From a virus (taxonomy: Duplodnaviria; Caudoviricetes), in IMG/VR virus record IMGVR_UViG_3300026534_000118, positions 1-35,896 of that record: a DNA stretch of 35,896 nucleotides; one strand, written 5' to 3'. Under the pieces are notes generated by a model, which searched no databases, was not told where the DNA came from, and was given only the letters and a program-made list of their open reading frames with translations. A program made the translations under genes and the position numbers. Each line of letters begins with the position of its first letter. Within the stretch, counting starts at the first letter, position 1. Below are positions 1-8,436 of this stretch, piece after piece.

Positions 1-924
1 ATGATAACAGCTCATCCGCAAGCCACGCTCCCTCGCCCCAATCCCTTTCACCTGGATGACGAGGACGCCTACCGCTACTGGCGGGATCGCAAACTGCAGG
101 ACTATCCGCGGGATCTCGGCGATCTGGTCGTGGAACTGGACGATCCGCGGCGCCTGAAGCCGCAGGAATTCGACGCCCTGCTGGCACGCTGCCGCAAGAC
201 CAACATGGCCCTGTATGCCAGCCGCACCGGCACCGATCCGGATCCGGAGATTCCCCTGTCCCTGGCGCGGCACTTCAGGCTGACCGGCATGGATCGCAAC
301 TGGCTGGCCGACGATACCGGCCTGACCTCGCTCACCGTGCGCGAAGACGGTGTGCGGCGGCATTACATTCCCTATACCAACCGGGCCATACAGTGGCACA
401 CCGACGGCTACTACAACCCGGCGGATCGCCAGATCCAGGCATTGCTGCTGCATGTGGTGCAACGGGCCGCGCAGGGCGGCGAGAACGCCCTGCTCGATCA
501 CGAGATCGCCTACCTCCTGCTGCGCGAGCAGAATCCCGACTATATCCGGGCCCTCATGGCCCCCGACGTGCTGACCATCCCGGCGCGCATCGAGGACGGC
601 CGCATCGCCCGCCCCGAGGAGACGGGGCCGGTGTTCCGCATCACCCCCCAGGGCAACCTGCACATGCGCTACACCATCCGCGTGAACAATGTGATCTGGA
701 AGGAGGACTCGCTCACCCGCGAGGCCCTGGATGCCCTGCAGGCCATCCTGCACGGCGATTCACCCTGGATTTTCCGCGGCCGGCTCGAACCGGGCATGGG
801 ACTGGTGAGCAACAATGTGCTTCACGACCGCGCCGCCTTCAACGACGACGAACAACACCAGCGGCACTATTATCGTGGCCGCTATGCCGTACGTCTGGCT
901 GGAACGGGGCTGGGAGAGTACTGA
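1..924 (+). CDS. TauD/TfdA-like Fe(II)/2-oxoglutarate dioxygenase family protein (host gene)
   Basis: HTD (HxD) motif in WHTDGYY and a distal His in NNVLHDR; lies outside the att fragment. Confidence 0.7.
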   Translation: MITAHPQATLPRPNPFHLDDEDAYRYWRDRKLQDYPRDLGDLVVELDDPRRLKPQEFDALLARCRKTNMALYASRTGTDPDPEIPLSLARHFRLTGMDRNWLADDTGLTSLTVREDGVRRHYIPYTNRAIQWHTDGYYNPADRQIQALLLHVVQRAAQGGENALLDHEIAYLLLREQNPDYIRALMAPDVLTIPARIEDGRIARPEETGPVFRITPQGNLHMRYTIRVNNVIWKEDSLTREALDALQAILHGDSPWIFRGRLEPGMGLVSNNVLHDRAAFNDDEQHQRHYYRGRYAVRLAGTGLGEY

Positions 925-1017
925 TGCGCACCGGGCGCGATGAGCCGGAAAGGGTGTGTTCCGAAGTCTTTTTGACTAATTCTAATTTATTATCGGAATG
1001 TTTATAGGAAAATACGC

Positions 1018-1042
1018 AAAACGGCGCCATAGGCGCCGTTTT
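1018..1042 (-). terminator. Intrinsic terminator, probably the original tRNA terminator (bidirectional shape)
   Basis: AAAACGGCGCC-ATA-GGCGCCGTTTT perfect 11-bp inverted repeat, downstream (minus strand) of the tRNA 3' fragment. Confidence 0.7.
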
Positions 1043-1077
1043 GTTTTCTGCAAGTTACTGATTTTACAGTGATAATT

Positions 1078-1098
1078 TGGTAGCGGGGGCTGGATTCG
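1078..1098 (-). other. Prophage att core: duplicated 3' end of a tRNA (fMet-like)
   Basis: Minus strand reads CGAATCCAGCCCCCGCTACCA (T-loop, acceptor stem and CCA, resembling initiator tRNA 3' ends); tRNA similarity stops 5' of CGAA, so it is a fragment only. Confidence 0.75.
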
Positions 1099-1128
1099 TC
1101 TGTTGTCATTACAGAATTCCGCTAATAA

Positions 1129-1141
1129 AATCAAACAGTTG
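1129..1141 (+). promoter_or_regulatory. IHF-binding site in the att arm
   Basis: AATCAAACAGTTG matches WATCAANNNNTTR exactly; flanked by the inverted repeat CATTACAGA (1107-1115)/TCTGTAATG (1151-1159). Confidence 0.55.
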
Positions 1142-1169
1142 AACGCATGCTCTGTAATGTGTGCTGGAC

Positions 1170-1183
1170 GTTTCCCGGGAAAC
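1170..1183. repeat. Palindrome copy 1, GTTTCCCGGGAAAC (parS/NBS-like)
   Basis: Perfect 14-mer about 70 bp inside the att core. Confidence 0.9.
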
Positions 1184-1417
1184 TGGTGCATGCCGGTGTA
1201 CATGAGGCAGGCCTGCAGAGTTGACATCCCCCGCATCTGCACGGTCGCCCTCTCTTTCCTTGAATGGTGTCCTGAGTGCTAGTCAACTCAGCTCACCAGA
1301 CCACCGTCTGGATTGCTGTGACCTTCTCATCCGTGGTGAGCGTGGTGTCATCGACAATCGACTGAATCTCAACCGCCCTCAGGTTGTGCGCGCCACAACG
1401 ATTGCGACTGAGCGTCA

Positions 1418-2488
1418 CTAAATTTTCGACGCCATGTTGCCCAGCTTGCGCGCCCCATCGCCCCGCGTAAACCGTGCTCCACCAAGGACGGCGGCCCTTA
1501 CTCTGGCGGTGTCGGCATGTTTGGCATGAGCCACCCACGACGCGATTGTGGCGTGGACGCGGTCCAGGCCGATTATGCCAGCTTGAAATTGCCTTTGCAG
1601 GACCTTTAACCGCCGCTTCATGGCAACCACTGATTGGCGCCGCAGCAGGCGGTGGTCGTGCCAGATGCGGTAGCCGACGAAGTTGAGGCCTCGGCCTGCT
1701 GGCAAGATACTGGTCTTGCTGAATGTCATACCCATACCGGCGAGGCGGGCTTCGAATTGGGCGCGGACGGTAAGAGCCTGCTCCTTGCTCCAGCACAGCA
1801 CCACCATGTCATCCATGTACCGAATATAGCGCTTGAGGCGCAGCTCGCGCTTGGCCCACTGGTCCAGCTCATTGCCGACGAGATTGGCGATCCATTGGCT
1901 TGTGAGGTTGCCGACCGGGATGCCAGCCGGCTCCAGCTCGTCGCTGCCGGCGGTGCTGTCGACGATGGTATCGAGCAGGCGGAGGGTGGCAGGGCAGCTG
2001 ATTTTCCGGCGGATGACCTGCTTGGCCAGGCGGTGGCTGATGGACTGGAAATACTTGCTCACGTCCATCTTCAGTACCCACACCGAGCGGCCGCTCTTGT
2101 GCATGTCGCGCAGCCAACGCTGGGCGCGATTGGCGGCGGCATGGGTGCCTTTGCCGGGGCGGCAGGCGTATGTGTCCAGGAGCATAGCCTGGTGCCAGAT
2201 CGGGGTGCAGATGTTGCAAATAGCGTGCTGCGCCACGCGGTCACGGTATGGCAGCGCGGCTATCTCCCGGCGCTTCGGTTCGCGGACCACGAATGTGCGG
2301 TACCAGCCTGGCTGGTAGGTGCCCCAGAGCAGCTCCATTTGGAGGCGGCCCAGCTCCTCCAAGAGGTTGGCCTCGAAGCGGATCACCTCTTCGCGGTTAC
2401 GTTTCCCGCGGCGGGCGAGCCGGTGGGCCTCAATGAGGTTGTCCCAATCCACGATCTGCTTGATGAGCCGCTTGTGTTTCTTGCCCAT
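1418..2488 (-). CDS. DGR reverse transcriptase
   Basis: RT motifs KxRxI, RDRVAQHA, GKGTH, LKMDVSKYF, GIPVGNLTSQ (DGR-type SQ motif), YIRYMDD and FVGY; 356 aa with no maturase/endonuclease extension; adjacent to TR and avd. Confidence 0.95.
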   Translation of the reverse strand: MGKKHKRLIKQIVDWDNLIEAHRLARRGKRNREEVIRFEANLLEELGRLQMELLWGTYQPGWYRTFVVREPKRREIAALPYRDRVAQHAICNICTPIWHQAMLLDTYACRPGKGTHAAANRAQRWLRDMHKSGRSVWVLKMDVSKYFQSISHRLAKQVIRRKISCPATLRLLDTIVDSTAGSDELEPAGIPVGNLTSQWIANLVGNELDQWAKRELRLKRYIRYMDDMVVLCWSKEQALTVRAQFEARLAGMGMTFSKTSILPAGRGLNFVGYRIWHDHRLLRRQSVVAMKRRLKVLQRQFQAGIIGLDRVHATIASWVAHAKHADTARVRAAVLGGARFTRGDGARKLGNMASKI

Positions 2489-2673
2489 AGACTCCCTTTC
2501 TTATTCATTCTTGAAGGGCGGCCGCGCCGGGCTTTCGCCTCTCGGCTACTCGCGCGGCGCGACCCTTTTCAAGTCTTCGGCCTGGCCAGAAGGCCAGGAC
2601 CAGGACGGACAGGCTGACCCCCTGTGGGGTGCTGGGTGACGGCGAACCCTCGCCGCCCTCTCGCAGTATGGTG

Positions 2674-2816
2674 GTCACAGGCGCCGCGCAGGCCGACATT
2701 GCCATTCGCATTCCACGGATTGGCATTCGAATTGAGGCAGCGCGCACCGGCGTGAACGCCATCATTCCAATTGCCGCCGCCGATGAACGCACGCCAGGCC
2801 GCGTGGTTCACGTAGC
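2674..2816 (-). repeat. DGR template repeat (TR)
   Basis: 143-bp ungapped repeat of 3201..3343; all 13 mismatches are at TR adenines (minus strand); contains 9 AAY codons. Confidence 0.96.
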
Positions 2817-2835
2817 GCCGAAAACCCCATCCGAC

Positions 2836-3195
2836 CTATTTGAACCGCTTCCGCCAGGCGCCGACCATCGCGCCAATCTCGGCCAGCTGGCGGGCGGCTT
2901 CGCCCACCCGCTTCGGCCCGATCAGCTTGCGTTCGGCGCCGTGGCGAAGCAGTGCATGGATGAACCGGATCTGTTCATCGACCCGATACACCTTGCTCTT
3001 TTGGCCGCTCACTGCGGCCTTAATGATGTCGTCGACAAGATGCCACAGCGCACCCTCCAGCCGAGCGGCGTAGCGGTAGCGCTGGTGCCTCGGGATCTTG
3101 TCAATGGCCGGCGCGAGATCGATGATTAGGCGCTCGGCCTTGGTCAGTAACACAAGGCCCCGCTGCCGCGGGGCCGCATCAAGCTCCACGCTCAC
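2836..3195 (-). CDS. avd: DGR accessory variability determinant (Avd, four-helix bundle)
   Basis: 119-aa basic helical protein with IPRHQRY..A.RL and EIGAMVGAW motifs, located between target and TR as in Bordetella phage BPP-1. Confidence 0.88.
   Translation of the reverse strand: MSVELDAAPRQRGLVLLTKAERLIIDLAPAIDKIPRHQRYRYAARLEGALWHLVDDIIKAAVSGQKSKVYRVDEQIRFIHALLRHGAERKLIGPKRVGEAARQLAEIGAMVGAWRKRFK
3156..3175 (-). promoter_or_regulatory. DGR target-recognition hairpin/cruciform
   Basis: GGCCCCGC-GGCA-GCGGGGCC on the minus strand: 8-bp GC stem with a GRNA tetraloop, 25 nt downstream of the end of VR homology. Confidence 0.8.
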
Positions 3196-4415
3196 AGGGC
3201 GTCACAGGCGCCGCGCAGGCCGACAGTGCCAGTCGCACCCCACGGACCGGCAGACGAACCGAGGCAGCGCGCACCGGCGTGAACGCCATCAGTCCAATCG
3301 CCGCCGCCGATGAACGCACGCCAGGCCGCGTGGTCCACGTAGCCGCGGGGCGTGGCGCTGTCTTTGCCGACGTTGACGACGGTGTTGTCCCATGCAAAAG
3401 TGCCGCCAAGGTCATGGTGGTTATCGAGCCAGTCCCAGAGGTTTCCGACAGCATCGACGACATTGTACTGGCTCACCGCCTTGGCCACGGCGCCCGTGGT
3501 GGTCGGGCCGGTGTTCGTGGTGGCTGTCCAGGCTTGGTCGTTGCTGGCATCGAGGCCGGCAGGCGCGCCTTCCGCATAGCGCAGGAATTCCTCGATTGTC
3601 GGCAGGCGTTTTCCCGCGTTGGCGATGAGCTGATGAAAGTCCGCCCTGGCGTAGACGTCATCCTTGATGGGTGTTGCGCCGTAGGCCGAGATGGGAATGT
3701 TCTCGGGCCACACGCCAGACCCTTCCGAGTTGAGGTAGATGTCCACCCAGAGGCTGCCAGGGATAACTTCGACCATGCCAGTCGGGTCGCATGTGGGGCG
3801 GTGCTGCAGGTCCCAGCAACTGTTCGGCACGATCTGCGCGGTGGGCACGAAAGCCGTGTCGTAGCGGTTGGCGATGGGGCGCACGTAACCGAAGTGGAAG
3901 CCGCCGACCTTGCGGCTGGTGGCCGCTGTGTAGCCGTTGGGCACGGTGCTGTTGTAGCTGGCCACCCACTTTGCGATGCCGGATGGATCCTGCACGGCGT
4001 AGATGTAGACGTTGTCGCCGAGCGCGAGGGCCGTGATGCTGCCGTCCTGGTTTGCGGCCAGCACAGGATCCCAGTCGGTCTGAGCGGTCAGCAGGTAGCC
4101 CAGGCCGTTGCCGCCGATGTTGATCTGGCCTTCCGGCAAGTTCAGGGTGTCGCCTGTACCCTTTTCGATCTGCCCCATCAACCACACGCTGCCGGCCGGT
4201 TGACCGACGAGGCGGATGGCGCTGATGAGCTGCGCATCGTTGGCCGGATCCAGCGTGCCGCCGTTGTGCTCGGCGATGGCCACCAGCTCGCGCTGGACCG
4301 TGTTGAGGAAATCGGCCTTGAGGATCGTCGCCGGCGTGCCCGCCTGCGGATCACCTTCGGTCCACTCCCCCTGGGCGTCGGCGTTGGAGCCGGCCACGTC
4401 TCCGATTTTCAGCAT
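3192..4415 (-). CDS. DGR target: tail fibre/receptor-binding protein with C-terminal CLec (FGE/Mtd-like) domain
   Basis: N-terminus typical of Mu-like tail fibres (TEGDPQAGTPAT..ADFLN.VQ.EL); C-terminal GKRLPT..EF, DAVGNLWDW and GLRGAC motifs; VR occupies the last codons. Confidence 0.9.
   Translation of the reverse strand: MLKIGDVAGSNADAQGEWTEGDPQAGTPATILKADFLNTVQRELVAIAEHNGGTLDPANDAQLISAIRLVGQPAGSVWLMGQIEKGTGDTLNLPEGQINIGGNGLGYLLTAQTDWDPVLAANQDGSITALALGDNVYIYAVQDPSGIAKWVASYNSTVPNGYTAATSRKVGGFHFGYVRPIANRYDTAFVPTAQIVPNSCWDLQHRPTCDPTGMVEVIPGSLWVDIYLNSEGSGVWPENIPISAYGATPIKDDVYARADFHQLIANAGKRLPTIEEFLRYAEGAPAGLDASNDQAWTATTNTGPTTTGAVAKAVSQYNVVDAVGNLWDWLDNHHDLGGTFAWDNTVVNVGKDSATPRGYVDHAAWRAFIGGGDWTDGVHAGARCLGSSAGPWGATGTVGLRGACDAL
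3201..3343 (-). repeat. DGR variable repeat (VR)
   Basis: Encodes YVDHAAWRAFIGGGDWTDGVHAGARCLGSSAGPWGATGTVGLRGACD versus TR YVNHAAWRAFIGGGNWNDGVHAGARCLNSNANPWNANGNVGLRGACD. Confidence 0.96.
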
Positions 4416-4418
4416 GTC

Positions 4419-4757
4419 TTATCCTCCCAGTTCGGCGATCTTCTGCTGCACGTCCGCTTCGGTGTAACCTAGACGATCCATGCGGCTGCTGGTATCGCGG
4501 GTGAGCTTGTGTTGCTGGCGCACGATGCTGCCGTCAGGCTGCTCGACGTCCAGCACGATGAAATCCGGCTCCGGGCCATCCGGCGCTTCGGTGGCCGCGA
4601 GATCGCGGTCGTAGCGGTAGCTGTAGGCACCGGCCAGCAGGCCGCGCCAGGCCTTGATACCGAATTCTGCCGGGATCTGGCCTGCGAGCGCGAGCTGGTG
4701 CATGCCCTCGCAGTCATCTTTCGTATTGAGGTATCGGGGTATTCCGATCATCGTCAT
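4419..4757 (-). CDS. Hypothetical tail-associated protein
   Basis: Overlaps the upstream stop (ATGA); alternative start at 4751 behind a GGAGG RBS; lies between gp48-like and the fibre gene. Confidence 0.6.
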   Translation of the reverse strand: MTMIGIPRYLNTKDDCEGMHQLALAGQIPAEFGIKAWRGLLAGAYSYRYDRDLAATEAPDGPEPDFIVLDVEQPDGSIVRQQHKLTRDTSSRMDRLGYTEADVQQKIAELGG

Positions 4758-5344
4758 CCTCCGTAGCTGAACAGAACCGTGGTGTGCGCCGGGCGCCGGG
4801 CGCGCAGGACGCATTCGAGCAGCTCGTTGCCCCACGCCCGCAGCGGCTCGCCAGCGCCAGACGAGCCAGCCACGGCGTCCGTGACCGTGGTTTGCGGCGC
4901 ATTCACCTGCCAGGCGAACCGCCAGGGCTCGCCATTGATGGCGTCACCCGCCACCGCCGCACCGGCATCTGCGGTGCGAAACTCGGTGATGGTGACGCTG
5001 TAGCCAAGATCGGCGGCGAGCCAGATGAAATAGGCCGCGCTCTGGCCGCCGATGCCGGCGATGCGGCCAGTGAGCGCATCGCGGCGAGCGTCGACCGTAT
5101 GCCCATCTGGCGTACAAGCATCTGGCAAGCCTGCGACGCGCTCCCAGTCCGGCAGCAGCTCGTAGGTGGTACGCGGATCGGCCTCGTCCACCAGATCGTC
5201 GGCACGGCCGTCGATCCTGGCGAGCTCGTCTGCCAGGGCCTGCAGCAGACGCCCCCAGGTGCTGTCCGGATCGACCGGCAGCGCCGCGCCTGGCGGCTGC
5301 AGCGCCAGGAGCTGGTCGCGGTAGTCCTCTGCCGTCATTGCCAT
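4754..5344 (-). CDS. Baseplate protein, Mu gp48/YmfQ (DUF2313)-like
   Basis: LLALQPPG, ELLPDWERVAGLPD, GGQSAAYFI and RPAHT motifs; synteny. Confidence 0.85.
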   Translation of the reverse strand: MAMTAEDYRDQLLALQPPGAALPVDPDSTWGRLLQALADELARIDGRADDLVDEADPRTTYELLPDWERVAGLPDACTPDGHTVDARRDALTGRIAGIGGQSAAYFIWLAADLGYSVTITEFRTADAGAAVAGDAINGEPWRFAWQVNAPQTTVTDAVAGSSGAGEPLRAWGNELLECVLRARRPAHTTVLFSYGG

Positions 5345-6390
5345 GTGATGGTCCCGAGCACGGCGATCTCGCCGGTGTTGTGGGTCACGTCTGCCGTCGG
5401 GCTTGTGAGATCGTGATCGGTCTCGCCAGCGGCGATGCTGATGGCCTCACGGATGTGGCTGAGCAGGATGGTACCGCCGGGCTCGGCCTCGCGCGTGAGC
5501 AGATCGGCAAGCTCGGCTTTTACTGCGGCCTGCACGGCGCTGGTGTTGGGCGTGAGCGCGATCGTCAGATCCAGCGGCACGGCGACCGGCGCGACCACCG
5601 TCAGATCAGCCGTGACCGGGCGCACGGCATCGATATAGTCCTGCACCGCCTGCACGTCGGCGGCCTGGGGAATGCCGTCCGCGTAGGCATCGTCCATCAT
5701 GAATCGCAGCGTGATCGTCCCGAGGCCCAACTCGGCCGGATAGACCCAGGCGCGCGTCACGCCGGAGACCTCGAGCGCCCAGGCCACGTAATCCGCCTGG
5801 GCGCCGCCGTGCGGCGGGTTCTGGATCCGGGCCAGCAGCCGCTGGCGCAGGCTGGCGTCGGTTTCCGTGTCTGCGCCGCCGGTGAGGCCAGCGCTGTTCA
5901 CGGTCGCTGCGCTGTTCACGCCACTGACCGGAGACACCAGGGTAAGGCCTGTCCCGCCTGCCGCGTTGCTACTCTCGCCAGGCTGGCTTGCCGTAACGCC
6001 TGCGCTGGCGGAACCTGCGCTGATGGTCGCCTCCGCATCGGTGGCGTACTTGATGCCATCGGCGCGCTGCAAAGCGGTGCCTTGCGGGATGACGGCGCCA
6101 TCCGTGCCTGTGAAGGTGACCGTGCCCGTGGCCGGCATTGCGGCCTTGCGCGATACGCCCCAGATGGATGCGTGCCGCTCCAGGTGCTCAGCATCTGCCG
6201 TGTCGATCATGAGCTGCTTCGACACCCAATCCAGATAACCGTACAGGCCGTGGACGGTGCCGGCGTGCATGCGGGCGAGCACGCCAAGCAGCGAGCGGCG
6301 CAGCCTGGCGTCGGCGCCGGGCAGGCGGCTCTCGATGTCGGCCTGGGCGCGCTCGATCAGGGTGGCGAGATCGGGGCGTTGAAACGGCAT
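5335..6390 (-). CDS. Baseplate J-like protein (Mu gp47)
   Basis: MPFQRPDL, GGADTETD.SLR.R, PPHGG...DY..WA motifs. Confidence 0.9.
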   Translation of the reverse strand: MPFQRPDLATLIERAQADIESRLPGADARLRRSLLGVLARMHAGTVHGLYGYLDWVSKQLMIDTADAEHLERHASIWGVSRKAAMPATGTVTFTGTDGAVIPQGTALQRADGIKYATDAEATISAGSASAGVTASQPGESSNAAGGTGLTLVSPVSGVNSAATVNSAGLTGGADTETDASLRQRLLARIQNPPHGGAQADYVAWALEVSGVTRAWVYPAELGLGTITLRFMMDDAYADGIPQAADVQAVQDYIDAVRPVTADLTVVAPVAVPLDLTIALTPNTSAVQAAVKAELADLLTREAEPGGTILLSHIREAISIAAGETDHDLTSPTADVTHNTGEIAVLGTITWQ

Positions 6391-6837
6391 TTACAAGGTC
6401 TCCCAAAGACGGTTGAAGCGGTATTCCACCGGATCAGTATCCGGCCGTTCTATGGATACGTGAAGGCCGAGTACGCCGCGCCCCTGAATCAGCGCCTCGA
6501 CGCGAACGGCGCCGGCGATACCGTCCTCCACCAGCCAGGCCAGCGCCTCTTCGGCGTACTCGCGCGCCCGTTCGGCCACGACCGGCAACTGCTTTTCCCG
6601 GGAAACGAGCCAGAGCCGTGAGCCGAGCCGGTCGCTGTCCGCCTCAGGCCAGGCATCGGCCCAGAACCCGCGCCGGTCACCGCCATCGTCCGGCAACACG
6701 TCGTCCGGCTCGGCGCGCCGATCCGTGAACAGGCTCAGGATCACGGCGGTGCGCAGGCCGTCGTCGGTGGCCAGGTCGTAGCCGCCCAGCTCGATGTCGC
6801 CGCCGGTTTCATGCCAGACGATGGCCAGATCGGTCAT
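6391..6837 (-). CDS. Mu gp46-like baseplate protein
   Basis: LRTAVILSLFTDRRA, RRGFWAD, GSRLWL and A.EAL.WL motifs. Confidence 0.88.
   Translation of the reverse strand: MTDLAIVWHETGGDIELGGYDLATDDGLRTAVILSLFTDRRAEPDDVLPDDGGDRRGFWADAWPEADSDRLGSRLWLVSREKQLPVVAERAREYAEEALAWLVEDGIAGAVRVEALIQGRGVLGLHVSIERPDTDPVEYRFNRLWETL
6593..6606. repeat. Palindrome copy 2 (TTTTCCCGGGAAAC, 1 mismatch)
   Basis: Inside the gp46-like CDS, read as V-S-R-E-K. Confidence 0.8.
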
Positions 6838-7415
6838 TGCGGGCCTCCCGTGCTGTCAGCGCCGGCAGTGACGCCGCCGTGGGTGTGGGTGCCAAGCTCC
6901 AGCGCGCCGATTGACACCCCGGTATCACTCGACACCTGGCCGCTGGCCGAGATGGCGCCGTTGACCTGCAGATTGCCATTGAGCGTGATGTTGCCATTGT
7001 GCTCGGTGGCGGCGTTGACGGTGACGGCGGGGGCGGTGACTTCCACCAGGCTTGCGCCGTTGACCAGGATGCGATCGCGACTGAGGTGGACGACGTTGCC
7101 GAGATCGTCGTAAAGCGCCACCTCACCCTGAGCCAGGCCTGCGAGGCGATAGCGCCTGTCGTCGACAGACACTGCCACAGTGTGGGCGCGCTGACCGCAG
7201 ACGGCGAGCGCAACCGCCTCCGCGCCGGGATGCGGGTGCGAGCTGAATCCGTACTCCTGGAACCGCTCGATGCCGTCCATCGTCTCGCCGGCCAGCATGT
7301 CGATCTGCACGGTCTGCAGCTTGCCGCCGTCATCCACCAGCCGGACGACCGCGCGCGATACAATCAGCCGCACCCGCCGCGCCAGGGGCGCAAGCAGGCT
7401 ACGCAGCCCAGCCAT
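6834..7415 (-). CDS. Baseplate spike (Mu gp45/gpV-like)
   Basis: ERFQEYGFSS.P, DDRRYR and GEVALYD motifs; C-terminal HTH metal-binding tip (HTHGGV..G...TGGP). Confidence 0.88.
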   Translation of the reverse strand: MAGLRSLLAPLARRVRLIVSRAVVRLVDDGGKLQTVQIDMLAGETMDGIERFQEYGFSSHPHPGAEAVALAVCGQRAHTVAVSVDDRRYRLAGLAQGEVALYDDLGNVVHLSRDRILVNGASLVEVTAPAVTVNAATEHNGNITLNGNLQVNGAISASGQVSSDTGVSIGALELGTHTHGGVTAGADSTGGPQ

Positions 7416-8436
7416 CGCTCACCTCCTTCTCCGGCAGTGGCTCCGGCTCGAAGGCCTCCGGCGGCATCAGCGTCAGCTCCGTGCGGCTGCCGTTGCGATC
7501 CAGCACATGCGCCACGCCGACCACCAGCAGCCAGGCATCCAGTCCAAGGAAATCGTCGCGCACAAGCACCCGCCGGTTCGGCTCCCACAGCCCTTCCGCA
7601 TGACGCCATCCGGCCACGGTGACCTGCACGGTCATGGAGCGGCCATAGGCCACGCTGCTTTGCCACCGCGCGCGCGTGGCGGCAGCCTGCGCATCGATGG
7701 GATCTTCGGCAACCAGCAGCGTCGGCCGGTGCCGCGTAATCCGCGGATCGTTCGCCGTGCCAAGCACCTGAGCCGCGTTCTCGCCAAACAGAAAATCACC
7801 GCCAGGCTGCTGGCCAAGCACCCGCGTCTCGCTGAAGCGGCCCGCATGGCTGTAACTGGCGGCGACGGAGAGGATGTTCTTCCCAAGCTCAAGCGCCGTG
7901 GGCGCGCGCGTCTTTCCCGTCCGGGTGATTTCGATGGCGCCGTTGCCGTCTGACACGAGCAGCAGACCTCTCAGCCTTGCGGCCCGCTCCAGCAGCTCGA
8001 AGACGGTCTCGCCAGGCTCCGTCTTGAGCCGGCGAAACGGCGTCTCGTCGCCAACGTTGTCCGTGACGGCAATCCCGAACGGCTCGCACAACTCCTGCGC
8101 CACGCCGGACAGCGTGCGCCCGCTCCACTGGCGGAGCGGCGCCGAGCAATCGACCAGATCGCCGGCGCGATCGCGACCGCGAATCGTCACCTGGTGCTGT
8201 GCATCGTTGTACTCGATGATCACCTCGTCCACGTAGCCCGTGATGGCCTTGTCGCCATCCAGCATCAGCGCGCAGGCCGCGCCGGGGCGAATCGCCGTGG
8301 CCGTATCCCTGTCCTTCCAGCGGTTGGAGACGACGAGTTCGAAAGCGCCCGCCAGGCGATCGATGCCGCGCTCGATTCGCGCCTCGGACCAGCCGGAATA
8401 GGCACGGCCATCGATCAAAAGACGCGCATCAGGCAT
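7399..8436 (-). CDS. Baseplate hub (Mu gp44/gpP-like)
   Basis: GW....I.R.I..LAG.F, GRDRAGDLVDCSA and W.PN..V motifs. Confidence 0.87.
   Translation of the reverse strand: MPDARLLIDGRAYSGWSEARIERGIDRLAGAFELVVSNRWKDRDTATAIRPGAACALMLDGDKAITGYVDEVIIEYNDAQHQVTIRGRDRAGDLVDCSAPLRQWSGRTLSGVAQELCEPFGIAVTDNVGDETPFRRLKTEPGETVFELLERAARLRGLLLVSDGNGAIEITRTGKTRAPTALELGKNILSVAASYSHAGRFSETRVLGQQPGGDFLFGENAAQVLGTANDPRITRHRPTLLVAEDPIDAQAAATRARWQSSVAYGRSMTVQVTVAGWRHAEGLWEPNRRVLVRDDFLGLDAWLLVVGVAHVLDRNGSRTELTLMPPEAFEPEPLPEKEVSDGWAA

Noticed and set aside
1078-1150. Intact tRNA gene
   Set aside because: Only the last 21 nt match; there is no T-stem 5' strand, anticodon arm or D arm.
1418-2488. RT as a group II intron, retron or Abi RT
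   Set aside because: It has the DGR SQ motif, no maturase/endonuclease domain or retron VTG motif, and sits beside avd and an adenine-specific TR/VR pair.
2569-2811. 80-aa ORF resembling the target C-terminus as a second target gene
   Set aside because: It is simply the TR read in frame (Asn at every variable position); TRs function as RNA.
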